A stretch of 64,000 bases of DNA. Source: Epiperipatus broadwayi. Lineage: Eukaryota > Animalia > Onychophora. The notes under the pieces are model-generated. The model did not search any database and was not told the origin of the DNA. It saw only the letters and a list, made by a program, of their open reading frames with translations. The DNA is taken from assembly GCA_028023455.1 (NCBI GenBank), contig JAQFVV010000006.1:7316001-7380000 (forward strand), written 5' to 3'. This document shows, in pieces, positions 50,392-64,000 of this stretch (its first letter is position 1; every line of letters begins with the position of its first letter). A program made the translations under genes and the position numbers.

Positions 50392-52055
50392 CTGTGAAAT
50401 AATTAATAGATAATTATAATTAGCTGAATATATATATAAACTTGTCAAAATAAATCACTAATCATCAGCAAATTCACAATCAATAATTTCCTATCAATGT
50501 GGACTTTTTAGGTGTAAAAATAACATAACCACATTATCTTTCTACAATTACTTAGCAATGCTTAGAAGATTCACTTCTGAATCTTCTAAGAAAATTGCTA
50601 GTGTAATGTAAAATTGTACTATTAATCATTAATATCAATACAATAATCATGTATATTAGGCGACCCATACTATTGTTATTTAAATAACCCATTAGTAACT
50701 TCAACAAAAGATTGATCAGGAATCATTTAAACTAATAGCATGTGGAATCGGAGAAGAGATTGCTATTTTACGAAACAATGCTCAAAATAAATATATTTAA
50801 TTATTTCTTCTATTCTCACTACAATAATGCCATCTGGTGTGAACTTTATTAATCAATAGATGTCAGATAGTAGTGCTTATAAAAATCCTTATCGAGCACT
50901 GATCTATCTGATATCCTCAGATTAGTTTCTAGCATATGTCTTCCTTTAGCGAGGAACTTTTGCATCTTTGGACAGAACCCTTGGATCTTTTGGTACTGAT
51001 ACTACCAACCTATCAGCTCAAATTGAAAAAACCTATTAATTTATCCAATCTAAGTCTATTTGCAAGCATAATCATAGAAATCTGAAACCAGTTCGGTTTC
51101 TATTTATAACAGTAACCTTAGTTTTTTTAATCATCTTAGAAATCTTTATTCTGTGGCCAAAATTGGAGCATTAGATTCAGTCCATTGTTCAAAAATCAAA
51201 AAGCTCCTCATTGATGAAAGCCATAGACTACCAACTTGTTTGGAAATATCATATAGGACAGCAACTGAATCAAGATTATTCTACTATCAGAAACATCTGT
51301 TGATTACTAAAGCTTACACTAGATGGCATAAGTGTAGAGAGAATAGAAGAATTTGCTATGAAATAGCAAGGTGTAAGCTAAAATCAAGTGATGTAGTTGG
51401 TCATGAAATATTTGAGGTACTATAACAAGTATCAATAATTTAGATGGTTTATTCTTTTCCATATAACATTAATGCATAAACTTTATTTAAATTTCAGTTC
51501 AACCTATTTCTTTTAAGTCTTATTTTTTAAAATATAAATCCACTAAATACAATTTGCTGTTATTAATATAAAATGAGTACTTGTTATATTTGTGAGGACG
51601 GCTAAATTCACTTCATGCTAGTTGATAATTTACTACCCAAGATATATATATATACACACACAGTAAATTGTGACCTTTTTCATGGGTATAACACCTAAAC
51701 AATGCATGTTTAATGCAAAGTAATTGCAAATGATATCCAGGTTTCTTTATGTATTTTCAAGACATGCGTATCTATTTATTGCATAAATGTATATATAACT
51801 TTGTATAATTTGTATATCTGCAAGCAAATCACAAAACAGACATTCCTCTCATGGCATGCCATTGACAAACAAAGTCCTACAAACATGTGCACACAAATCC
51901 GCATACTTTTGCAATATATTTCCTATGTACTGAGCTAGTTTTAAAAAACATTAATAATTAAATGACAAACGGATTTTTATAAATTTTGAAACCGGACAAT
52001 CTACTTTACACACCTAAAAACTTAGCACAGCTTTTACACTGTTATTCTCACTCAC

Positions 52056-52147
52056 TTGTAATGTCGGCTCAAGGGTACTTTTCTAGGTTTTGTATTGTTG
52101 AAAACAACTCCTCTCCTGGTTGGTCGTGTCACAGCGGACATATTCAT
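52056..52147 (-). CDS. BLTP2: hobbit/BLTP2 internal coding exon
   Basis: tttatag|ATG AAT...TAC AA|gtgagt; MNMSAVTRPTRRGVVFNNTKPRKVPLSRHY (family VTRPxxRGxxFNNxKPxKxxLxxHYK). Confidence 0.9.
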
Positions 52148-55100
52148 CTATAAAATAAAGTCGTCTAAAATAAGAGCAATAATCAAAAATAACAATAAAT
52201 AAAAAAATTTAATCACAAGGTTTATTTCTCAGGAGTTTGGACAAAGATTAAGCACCAAAAAATGCCAGAGACGGACCCCTGATCCATAAACATTGAGCCC
52301 TAGAGTTCTCTGATATATCATTGTATTAATACATGCAGGGCAGAAATAACAATTTAAAAAGTTTTAAAAAATCAATTAGAGTATTTATAAAAAATAGATA
52401 ATTTCAGATATAATAATAAAAAAAGGGTATAATTAAAATAAAATCGAAATAATAATAATTTTAAAAAAAGTTAAATAAATTTTGATAAAAATTATACAAA
52501 AATATTTTATTTCAAATTATTACTAATCACAGTGCCCATAAATCCTCCAATGTTAGTTGCTCAATTCTTTTAACATTTAAGCAACAGATGTGTCTGGTTG
52601 AGCTTTGATCCCGGAGGTCTTTAACTCTTCGATGTCATTCTATTGCTGTGCTAAATTTTCAAGACATAGACATGTATGTGTGTAAATTAAGTTCTTTGTC
52701 CAAATGGTGACCTCAATTTATAGAATTATATGTAATTAGTCAATTGGTGACATTATATGTTCTTAGAAGTTTAATGAGATTTGAAATCAAATCTTACTTC
52801 ACATTTTGTAATCTGCTTATTTTGACTAACAAGTTTTTGACAAAAGTTAATAGTAATTGGAAGACTAAGCCTTCTGGCATCCATTGATTACTCTGGTTAG
52901 CACAAGGTGGCACTACTATATGGAGAGTTTTTGCCTGTTTAAAAACCTATATTCCTTGTACATCATCTCGATATCTACTGATGCTTTGTACCAAATTCAT
53001 GAAGTTTTATTATGTTATTTTTCTAAAATCAAAGTCATATCTGGACAAAAACTCACATATCATAATCTACAATTTTTAATCAAAAAATTGAAAGACTATC
53101 ACATAACCGATCATCTTCCTGGGACATATAGCAATGATTATAACTATGGATGTCTATTAGTGTTTTCTGCCAAATACTTTGAATTTTATTATGTTACTCT
53201 TTCAAAATCAAAATCGGATTTGGATAAAATCTCACAACCTGCTACATTTAATTGGAAATGTTTTTTCTTAAAGGATATTAATAGTATTTTAAAGGCTATC
53301 ACATACTGATGCTTCCTACCCAAATCCATTGGATTAAACATTATTCTTTCAAAACCAAAGCTTGATCTGGAAAGAAATCTGTACATTTGCATTTCATCTA
53401 TCAAGCTTAGGGAACTAAGCTTCATTGAAAAAATTCCTATGGTGGTACTATATTTTCATTAAATATTTTTCTCCAATATTCATTGAAATTCGTAAACATC
53501 CTGAACATTATTCTTCTTAGTTATTCCTCTGTGGTAAAGTAACAGTAATTGCCAAAGGCTTATCTGGATTAACTTCTGAAAGTGATAGACTTTCTTATTA
53601 ACACTAATACCATGTTGTAGTCATATTGCTTCCTTTTTTGATTAAAGAAATTTCTTCTTTGTATGATCAAATGGTTTCATTGCCAAAAGATCATGTCATA
53701 TGCATGCCACATGTGACAAGTGGAACTTCAGTATAGGAATTTCTAACTCTCAAGTTTATCCTTTTACAACTGCATTAAAACACCACCCAGGGATTTTTCT
53801 CATTGCTTCTAATTGATATATGTTTTAAATGTACATCTTTTCTGTTGCTTTGAAAATTCTATAATTTGTTATTAAGATTACTGCCATTTCTGTTTGTTTT
53901 TCATTTCATTCCTAATATAGGTTCATTTCACCATTTTCTGATTTACATTTAATTTTTTTTTCTCAGGTTTTTTATGGCACGTTATCATTTTGTAAATCAG
54001 TTGTTTCTATATATCAAAGACACTAGGCATATGGAGTGTCTACTTTAATTCTTGACTTGTTTCAAGGCTTTGGTGAAATGCTTGCATTTTCAGAATTGAC
54101 ATTCATTGCAACCACTATTTAAGCCTTAGACTCAAACTATATAATGTTTTCCTTTTTAGCATCTTGGAGTAATACCATATTAAAGTTTCATTCATAGACA
54201 TCCTAATATAAAACATAAAAACAAAACGTAATTATTTTTACTAACAACATTATCACATAACTTTCCCACATGCTTCAGATAGCAGCTACTTTTAACCTAC
54301 TTTAGAATCACTTAGTGAAGACTGAGTAACCAATGAGCACCAGACAATAGAGTGCCGTAAAACCTTATCACTAACCATTTATGTGGGCTTGTCTTCATAG
54401 TTAAAACTAGTTTTCAAAGCTGAAAGTAATGCACTTATATATCTTAGTAGCCATCCTTCAATTTTTTACACTATTCAAGCTAATATTCTACATTTCAAAA
54501 ATGCTACGGGTTTGAATCCAACCTCAGTTTTATAACAACAACATGTTCCCTATATCCTTTGACTAAGAAATTTAAAACTAACAGCAACATCGCAAAGACT
54601 TACTCCTACGTTTCCAATAACAGTTACCATCATCATATTCTTCAATTGAGAAATCAGTAGAGACTAGGTATTACATGAGTTATAAAATCCTTACCTCAAG
54701 ACCAGTAAAGAAAACTGGAACTAAAACTCAAAAACTGATTTGTAGCAGTATAATATTTGGACACCATTGATTATTCAAGCTTACAATAGACTATAAGTAC
54801 CTTCTCTTGGAAATTAGTTGTTTTTTTTATTAACTTACAAAACTCATGTTAAGGTAAAGTATGATGGCAATCTTGCCACTTACCAAATCTGACATTTGTC
54901 AAACCAAAGTCAATATGGTTTAGTAATGGTTTGTGATAGAGAAAGGTTTGAGTTTTCAGGTTTAACACTCATCACAGTCATCAACTATAAATGATGTAAT
55001 TTCTTGTCATTTAAACCCTAGCTATCAAATTCCTTCCAACTTTTTCTATTCATTTCAAATGGTACTACTTGATGTAATACTATTTCGGTGATATTATAAG

Positions 55101-55354
55101 ATAATATAATCCACTTAAAATTTTATAATGCGTGGAAAGATTGTTGAGGAGAAAAGAAGAGGATAACCAGTAATAAGACCCACCAACACCATTATCACAA
55201 TAATGATTATGCAAAAAAACCTAAATAGATGATAGATCATTCTAAAGAAATGCTATTGACATGGAAGTCAAGAATCAATGATCCATTTGTCCATCACTAC
55301 TATTACAACTACTCCTGCTATTACTATTATTATAGATAAACAGGTTTGCATAAA

Positions 55355-56450
55355 GCATACAATTCTGTTCCTCATAAATTTTAATTAAACTTTCTTACCC
55401 GATTGATTTTCATGGTTTTGGTCTTTGGTTAGTGAGTAATTTAAAAGATAGAAAGCAGACACTTATACATTTATGATATTACCAGTTATGTATGTATAAT
55501 GAATCATGGAGTTCCACAGGGTTCAGCTTTTGGTCCTTTTTTTGCTCTTGATTCTGTTCCTCATAAATTTTAATTAAACTCTCTTACCCAATTGATTTTC
55601 ATGGTTTTTGGCTTTGGTTGGAGAATAATTTAAAAGATAGAAAGCAGAACAATTATACAGTTATGATATTATCAGTTATGGAATTATAATGAATCATAGA
55701 TTTCTACAGGTTTCAGACCTTGGTCCTTTTTTTTTTTTGTAATTTATGTTAAAAACAGATTTCCATTGGAATAAAAAAATGTATGATTTGTCTGTTGATA
55801 TTGCCTTATCTTATAGTGTTGCTTCTTACAGATGTTTAGAAAAAGTAATAAATGAAAATTTAGATTTAATCAGAAAATAATTGGCATCTCTCTTAACATT
55901 AGAATTTGTATTAAATATATTTTGCATTTTAATAATGGTGAACTTGTGAAAATATCCCTTGTGTGGGTAATTATTGATATTTGGGTGATTACATTGATTC
56001 TAGTATATCTTGGTTAAATCATAGTACATATATCTTTGTTCTCATTTATATACGTTAAATTATATGTTCTTATATTTAGCAAAATTTCTGCCTAGATGAT
56101 GATTTTTATTTATACTGGCTATTATCAAAGCATTTTATGCTACAGTATCTGTATTTGGGTGATTTTTCTTCTTATGCTATCTCTTTTATATGTTGTGCAG
56201 ATCACATTCCTCTTCTGTTCGAGATATATACAAAGAGACTGGAACATTCGTTGTTGTTCATTTATATCAATATAGAGTCATATTTGTTGTGAGACACATT
56301 TTCTACATCTTAGGGTTTCTAATCTGAATGTGCTCATGTTTCATACAGATTTCAATTGGCTTTACTAAATTTTTTCAAGAAATTTATTGGTCAACAATAT
56401 GTTTATTCTGGTCCTAAATTATTTATTATGTTTATATATGAGAATTCATT
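55355..56450 (+). mobile_element. Decayed CR1/L2-like LINE RT fragment with an internal ~190-bp tandem duplication
   Basis: Broken motifs LKDRKQ, HGVPQGSAFGP (55504), degenerate (F)ADD-like SVDIALSYS, IDSSISWLNH; 55357-55545 is repeated at about 55549-55735. Confidence 0.7.
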
Positions 56451-56832
56451 AACTTTGAAATATATTTCATATGTGTCTTTTAAATTACGTCATTAGTTGA
56501 GCAGTAAAATATTAATATTGTTATATACCTATTTTGCTATTAATTTTGTATTTATATCTGCCTATTTATTTCAAACTATGTATTTTATTCTTCATTTTGT
56601 TAATGATATTATTGCATTTCTAAATTTTATTTTAAATTCTTAATTGTTACATTGTAAGCTCCTTGCGTAACATGATTCTTATTGGCGCTTTTACATGCTT
56701 GTTTATAACTTTATTGCCGTGAATATTTTACACTATAAATTGGTTAGAATCATTTTAGTCTGTCATTGGTAAAGGGCAAATAAGTATTTAAAGTTCATAT
56801 GGAAGATATTCCTCATAAATTCCAATTATTTA

Positions 56833-57102
<270 letters not shown>

Positions 57103-57118
57103 CTACTTCAAAATCTAC

Positions 57119-57215
57119 CTGATTCATAGAATATTCGGGGACTTGATCAGGAGCACATGGCATTACAGAATGGTGGTCATTTGGATCTCCCAAACACAAC
57201 CACTCAAGCTTGATA
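57119..57215 (-). CDS. BLTP2: hobbit/BLTP2 internal coding exon
   Basis: tttcag|T ATC AAG...AAT CAG|gtagat; [32 protein letters not shown] (family motif WLCxGxPxDHHSV); 97 nt. Confidence 0.9.
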
Positions 57216-57559
57216 CTGAAATAAATATACATATATAATAGCAATATGTCTGACTGAAAATAGCTAACATATTGGAGAATGTTATATTGGAGCTATTATG
57301 AATTTACGAAGTTTTAATTATATTTTTACTATGAATACTAAATAAATAATCAGTAAATAGTCCTTCTGTAGGACAAGAGCTTTTTCAATAGTTTCCTTTA
57401 GAATAAATAGTTTCCTTTAGAATAATCAACAGATATTCTAAATGATGGGTAGTAATGATTTTAGCATTTTCCCATTATTATTTTAAGTCTCTAGTCTAGC
57501 TATTTAGTATTCAAGATTGAATGTTATCTGGATTAACGATAAGGTAAATATATGAAAGA

Positions 57560-57870
57560 AACAGCCTAAGCCTATTTGGAACCTGAAAAAATTTATCTGA
57601 CTAATGCAAAACTCTAAGTAAGGGAATTATCTGGAATAAACATTAACGGCTATGCTATGAAGTAGTTCGTAATCACTTCTAAACCATTAATAATATACCA
57701 TAAGAAGAAAGTCTCTCTGAGTTTAATCCAGCTTCTCTTATCCATAGTTTCCCCCTCTATGTTAAACCAGAAATCTTTTTTTTTATTTCACCTATGTCTT
57801 TTCCAATATCTTCGGTTTCCAAATGCATAATGGAAACAAACACACATATATAATGCAATTAAGCTCATTG
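57560..57870 (-). mobile_element. Second decayed RTE-like fragment
   Basis: Broken translation EDIGKD...GKLWIR resembling the RTE post-RT region. Confidence 0.35.
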
Positions 57871-57944
57871 GTTCAGGACCACTTATGTTCATATTTAATT
57901 TGATATGAGTAATGCACTCATCATCAATAATATTCAGCCCATGG

Positions 57945-58345
57945 GCAAGTCCAGAGAGTAGTCACATCGCCAATTCATCCATTTTTCTACTTGTTCTCTT
58001 CACTGCTCAGCTCTTCAATTCTATGTAATTCTTCCCATCTCTCTTATCATCCAACAATGTCAACATTTTACTTCCTTTTTCTTGCTTCCATTCACCATCT
58101 TTCATAATTTTATACTTTCTTCTTAGTAGGTGTCCAATCCAGTATCTCTTTCTAATGTCCTTAATCAATCTACTTTTTTTATTTACTCTTTTCAAAAGTT
58201 CATTTACTATTTTATTCATCAAACTGATTTTTTCCATTCGTCTCCATGTCCACATCTCAAAGGCTTCCAATCTGTCACTAATTTTATTACTCCTTGTCCA
58301 TATTTCACAACCATATAGTAGTACACTAAAAAACAAAAAAATACT
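57945..58345 (-). mobile_element. RTE-clade LINE 3' remnant
   Basis: SVLLYGCEIW...RLEAFEMWTWRRM...YWIGHLLR, typical of the RTE ORF C-terminus, followed by a tgatgatga-type tail. Confidence 0.85.
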
Positions 58346-61180
58346 TTTTCTTTGATAAAAATTTTGTTATATGTAATTTTGAATGCAAATGTAGAGTGTG
58401 CATAAATTAATTCAAGTAATAATAGAGTACAGTATTTAGTTTGATCATAAACTTCATTGTTTAAATTTAAAAAATTAATTTATGAATCCGAGATATTTTT
58501 ATTTCAAGCTATATATAACAACCAAAATTCTGATCCAAAAAATAAAAGGACTTTTTAAAAAAAATTTTTTTTTTATTTTTTTGTGTTTGAGTATAAAATT
58601 TAAAATTGGTTACAAAATTTTTGTTAGAATGAAAGCAGCACTTTTAAAAAGCAAGTTTTACGAAGCAATCCAAAAAAAAATTATGATTTAATTCTTCATT
58701 TCTTTTTCTTTCCATTCTAAAAACTGTAAATATCATTAAAATTTCTTTTTTAAATTAAAGGAAAGCATTTTCTGTGAAAATATAGTGCCATTTATTGTGC
58801 AAAATGAAAGCCTACCGAACTGATTTGAATGCAGTTTTAAATACGCCTGCCAACACTGTTATGCGGCAACTCTGAAATACTGCATTGTCATCAAAATCAA
58901 AAATGTACAAAATTTGAAGAAAATCCATTCATTCTAACACTGAAATCTTGCATAGTAATCTATATTGAATGTGTGTACAAAATTTGGAGAAAGTCCATAT
59001 GATACAAGTAAATTAAAAATCAGTTATAAAATTTGTTTTTATTAAGGCAGTACTTTAAAAGGGGAAGTTTTACATAAACGACCATCTTTTCTTTAATCAC
59101 CTGCAAATATCTCTAAAATCTCTTTCACAATTAAAAAATATCACACAATTTATTGTGCATGATCCCAAACTTACTGAAAGGATCTGAAAGCAAAACAAAA
59201 TGCAGCCCACCAACACTGTTAAGGAGGGAAACTAAAGTACTGAATTGTCATTGAAACTGAACAAGTGTACAAAATTTGAAGAAATATGTTGGGTAGAGAT
59301 ATGTTAAAAAATTGATTGCAAGATTTGACACAAATAAACAGACATCTTAATTTAAATAAATATATTTAAGAACTATTGTCGATTTTTTTATCATGTTGTG
59401 TCACTATAGACACACATGTACCCAAACAGGCAATGTGATCTTTATCACAAATAAAAATGATATCACCATAAATACTGAGCTCATGGTCTACCTCTAATTC
59501 AAAAAAAGTGGATTTAAGTGATTGAAAATCATAGTACATTTAAAACTAAAAACAAACCAAGGGTCAATTACTCAAATGAATATGACACTCCCCACATTTT
59601 CGATGGTGATTATATCACATTACCATCATTTTGTTTTTGTTCAAACTAAATTAGCCTCAAATCTTTACACTCTATTAGTAATAGCTGAACTGCAATTTAC
59701 TGACCAATATCAGACAGTTGCCTCGGCTGGAAATAAATACAAAAGCCTGCCTGTAATTGGGAGAAAAAAATTCTATGATTTTGTGGCCAGACTTTAAACT
59801 TCAAATCATAACAAATTACATGATTTTCAAATAATTAAATAAATCTTACTGATTGGCTTTAACATTCTCACTCTTTCACAAATAAATATATATAAAAATA
59901 TAATAGTAAACAAAATAAGAAAACATTCTTTAACTCAAATCATATGAATCCCATGTCAGTGGTTTCAAGTTGTTGAAAATCATATTATGTTAGATTAATT
60001 CTATATGCCATTATAACAATACTTCTTACATTGAGAAAATATTAAAAACATTAAATGTAACCATAACATGTTAATTATCAAGTATGAACAGCTTTTCCAA
60101 GGCAAACGTTTGCCTAAGTTATATTTAACATTCTTAATACAATATTTCAGTAATGGAATTTCATACTTTATTAAAAGAATCGAATCCTTAAAAGTTAAAA
60201 AATAACAACTGACCAAGCATTTCCTAGGAGTATGGTATTTCGCCCATTTTTTGTGTGACAATCACATCATATAATAATAGTACCTTCTTTGTTTCTTCAT
60301 TTTAAAAGTTAATGCAGTGATACGAATCCATTCACATTGAGATCTTTACATTCTGCCAACATTAATTAAATACTCTTTCCCAGATCAATACTGAGAGCTA
60401 GTTTAGTTGGGGTGGGGGTGGAATCAAAAGACTTTGTGATCTGAAAAAAAAAGCCAGATTCGCTGATTGAATTTGAAACTTCAAGTCATAGCACTGCAGG
60501 CGGATGAGTTAACCCGTTTGGCTATGAGGTCAATATACAAAAAACAAACAAACAGATATTTCTGAAGTTTTAACCCTTTTCCAACAACTACAACAATAAA
60601 CCAATAATAATAAAAGGAGAAAAAATTATTCCTAAAGAAATCAAGCAATTATTGGGAAAAAATGCCTAGAATCTAAATTACATCGAAATCTATGACACTT
60701 AATTTCCTTATACGCTTAAGTATAATAAATTTGATTTCATTTTTCACTTTTCAGTCGAAATGATGAATGTCTAATAAAAAAGGAAAACAATTATAATTAG
60801 AAAAAAGCAAAATATTCCTGAAAAACAAAACCAAAGAGCAAAAATAACTCGTGATTATTTATTTTGCTAAAATAAAGAATTGGTTGAAGTTTAAACATTA
60901 TTTTAAATCGCGAATAAGAAACAAAACAACATCGATAAAAATTAATAACAAAATATGCAAACATAAAGAAATATTTCTAAAACTGATACATTTTAAAATA
61001 TATTAAATGCGAATACTATATAACCTTCTAATTATATAATAAAATGGTATAAGAAACATTTAAATACACATTTTGCTACATCACGTAATTCACATCTGGC
61101 GCAATAATAATTTGTGATTATTTATTTCGCTAAAATAAAGAATCGGCTCTTATTAAAGTTAACCATTATTTTGAAATCAT

Positions 61181-61455
61181 TAACAGTTGAACGTATTTGG
61201 GATACTTAAATAAAGCTCGGTCGGTTTGAGTGTTACCTTAAAATTCAATAATCAAGAATCTAAGGACCCAGGTTCGAATTCCATGCTGTCACTGGTCAGG
61301 CTAGCAACACCTGATGAAGAGGGGAGAACAATATATCTCGAAACGTTGTGCATATACTAACCTGTTTGCTGTGATATTACTAATAGTTAGTGCATATATT
61401 AACCTGTTTGCTGTGATATTACTAACAGTTGAATGTATTTGGAATATTTAAATAA
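61181..61455 (+). mobile_element. tRNA-headed SINE-like element with hammerhead-like core (family 4)
   Basis: A-box-like AGCTCGGTCGGTTTGAG (61214), B-box GGTTCGAATTCC (61271), CTGATGA (61311)...CTC-GAAACGTT; related copies at about 9715-9935 (-) and 9978-10110 (+). Confidence 0.6.
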
Positions 61456-61993
61456 AATTAAATTATTCTAAAGACATTCAACACACATACATTAGATGAT
61501 GGAAATGGTCCAATATAAAAATACATCTAGAACACCATCATCACAAACGTTCAGGAAAACATTCATGAAATGAATCATTGTCAATTTGAGTCTGATCTGT
61601 GGCAGAAACATGTTGAACAGCCAATCTCAAACTATTTTGCTTTGTTTTTTTTTCCATTACTATATAGGTAAGCCTTTAAATATTCCGACATGGGCAAAGA
61701 CCTCCATATCAAATATCAAGGCTGCACAGAGAAGGAGCAAAAAATAAAGCAATAGTTATCACTTCTGCTAATTGATAGGTAATAATGGTTTGAATACCTT
61801 TTTTATATACTTGTTTCATCATTTAGCTAAAAAAAGCTAGGTGCAAAATTAGCAATCAAAGCAGATGGTCAACTAAAAAGGCTATAAGAAAGTTACCATA
61901 GAAAAAATTCTGAGTCTTGATGCATTACACATAATATGAAATTCTTATCTGCATTACTACACGGGTTACCATTTGTTTTTCATGCATATATAT

Positions 61994-62393
61994 AAATATC
62001 TAAACCATTATACAATTACAAATATCCAGTAACGCCCTCTGTTTAAAAGTCTATATCTCAATAAAACTTCAAAATGATACCAATTTGAAGTTGTATGCTA
62101 AACGATGTTAAATATTGAAATACAAACCAACTCAAACATGTTAGTTTCCTTAGCAAAATTTAAGACCGTTTGCTTATTTAAAAATTTCATGCTCTGTGTT
62201 TGAGTTGGTTTGTATTTCAATATTTTTCTCTCTCATGTGTCATAGCATCAGCCGGGATGTGAACCCACTAACCCAGGACAACTGCTTGCAACTTCAAATT
62301 GGTATCATTTTGAAGTTCACTATTATTGAGATATAGACTTTTAAACAGAGGGCGTTACTGGATATTTGTAATTATATAATGGTTTAGATATTT
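61994..62393. repeat. MITE-like foldback with ~100-bp arms and a nested 29-bp-arm inverted repeat
   Basis: Arms 61994-62093 / 62289-62393; inner arms 62110-62138 / 62197-62225. Confidence 0.75.
62225..62288 (-). pseudogene. 5'-truncated third copy of the tRNA-Gly-derived element
   Basis: AAGCAGTTGTCCTGGGTT...ATCCCGGCTGATGC-tatgacacatg-agagaaaaa. Confidence 0.5.
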
Positions 62394-63106
62394 GTATGAT
62401 TATTTCAGTTAGTGTCTACAGTAACTTTATTTTCATATATATATTATACTGCTGTTACAATTTATAATTATTAATAATAAATAGCTATTACATCAACTTC
62501 CATTTGGTAAGAATATATTATTTTTGAAATTCCTGAAGAAATGATGGAAAGTAGCTTAAGATATGAATATCGTTAAAATCATATTGAAGTGACACGACTT
62601 AATATAAATTACTAATACACCCAAAACATCATCAATCCAAAATCCCTCGTTCTGGAGCTTTTTCAGATTAGTAAGTTTTTCAAATTTCGAGCATAATTTT
62701 TTTACCCCCTATTTTGTAATCTAAACTCTGCTACCATTAAAAAACAGGTCAACTCATTGCATTTAATCTTCTTAATTTATAAAATTTACCGAATTTTTTT
62801 TACCTTTTTAGTTTAGTTTGTAACTAATTTCCAAAAGTTAAAAATCATCTTTCAAAATTTTGTTTGGGTTGTAAAAGTTTTTCAATAATAAATAATCAAA
62901 TTAACAGTATTTTTACATATATTAAATATTTAAGAAGAAAATAAATAAATAAATAAATAAAAACTGCACAAATAATATTTCATTAAAATATGTAAATAAT
63001 GTCCAAATAACATTTGATTAAATTAAAGATATTAAAATAACCAAATGTAAGAGGAAACACATAATATCATTTCCTAAAAAAATTTTACAAAATTTTTGGT
63101 ACTCAC

Positions 63107-63203
63107 ATGAGTTTTAAATCGTGTAAATGAAGTAGACGGAAATCATCATACTTTGATTCTGTTCGGACATAAACATCAAGGTCACCTTTCAGAATCCATT
63201 TAG
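63107..63203 (-). CDS. BLTP2: hobbit/BLTP2 (KIAA0100 family) internal coding exon, most 5' in window
   Basis: tttag|CT AAA TGG...CTC AT|gtgagt; encodes KWILKGDLDVYVRTESKYDDFRLLHLHDLKL, matching the recalled family motif KGDLDxxVRTASKYDD; 97 nt, phase 1 in / phase 2 out, fits the next exon. Confidence 0.9.
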
Positions 63204-63315
63204 CTAAACAAACAAACAAACAAACAAAAAATTACCATTTAGGCTAATAATCTCTCTTAAGAATTAGCTGATAAATATGTACAAAAAACTTATAAAAAGT
63301 ATAATAAATCATACA

Positions 63316-64000
63316 ATACACCTGGGTCTCGTTTTATGCGATAGATAGGTTCCTCAGAAAACACGCGCAAATGAAATCGCGCAAAAATAGACGTAACTTA
63401 CATTGAAAAAGGGGGATGCGGTCTGTGATTTTTCAAAATTCGCATAAAAGCAAAGCACCAACGTAAAATTACTTTAAAATTCACGCAAAAAAAAATAAGG
63501 AAATAAAATATGACTAATAAAAAATTTCAAATTTGAAAAAAATTGATACAAGACAAACTTTTTTTAACTATAATATTTAATTTTATTCAAAATAATATAT
63601 TTTTATGCATAATTTACAGTACAGTAATTTACATTTTTTTATACAAATTTTAATTATTATCACTATTTGCCATAAAACACGTTAGTTTGCAAACTGGTAA
63701 AACAGATTTTTCACAAGAGGAAATACAACAAGCGCCAACGTCACACTCATGTTGTGTCAATGATTTTCTGGTGACAACGTAATTAATCTTTGAGATGATG
63801 ATTTTATTAATTGTTTATGAAACTAACAACTAAAAATTAAATTCTTATTTTTGTCTTTAATTTTCAATTCTGTTTAAAAATCAAATTTCACATCACATTA
63901 ATTTCAAGTTGCCGTAAGTAATTTTTAAATTGTTAATTACAATTAAAAATCAGATTTTAATTTTTAATTGTCAAATTTAATTGTGCCCACTGCTATTATT
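63316..64000. mobile_element. Possible pogo/Tigger-like non-autonomous element running off the window
   Basis: TA-CACCTGGGTCTCGTTTTATGCG start and a locally CpG-rich segment; the other end is not visible. Confidence 0.3.

Overview
AT-rich eukaryotic (insect-like; species not determinable from sequence alone) genomic DNA. The whole window lies inside one large minus-strand host gene, hobbit/BLTP2 (KIAA0100 family): eight in-frame coding exons with GT-AG sites were recovered (63203 down to 5441), with no start or stop codon in the window. A 36-kb intron (14057-50141) holds a full-length 13.3-kb Ty3/Gypsy element (24075-37346, + strand). That element has 3.6-kb LTRs, ATAT flanks, a tRNA-Lys-like PBS, intact gag and pol and no env; Osvaldo/Woot-like is my inference. 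The same intron has two other TG...(C/G)A elements in TA microsatellites (4.5 kb and 1.8 kb, probable solo LTRs). The rest is decayed LINEs (RTE, CR1/L2-like, others), a deleted mariner, MITE-like foldbacks and tRNA-derived SINEs. Two signals stand out. (1) The LTR terminus GGTTACA-ATT is repeated five to six times across the U5/PBS junction, and only one copy is followed by an intact TGG primer site. (2) At least four distinct repeat families carry minimal Penelope-type hammerhead ribozyme cores (CTGATGA...GAAA, palindromic stem III, GUC), several in the sense orientation of the hobbit pre-mRNA. All alignments, folds and counts were done by eye; nothing was searched against databases.
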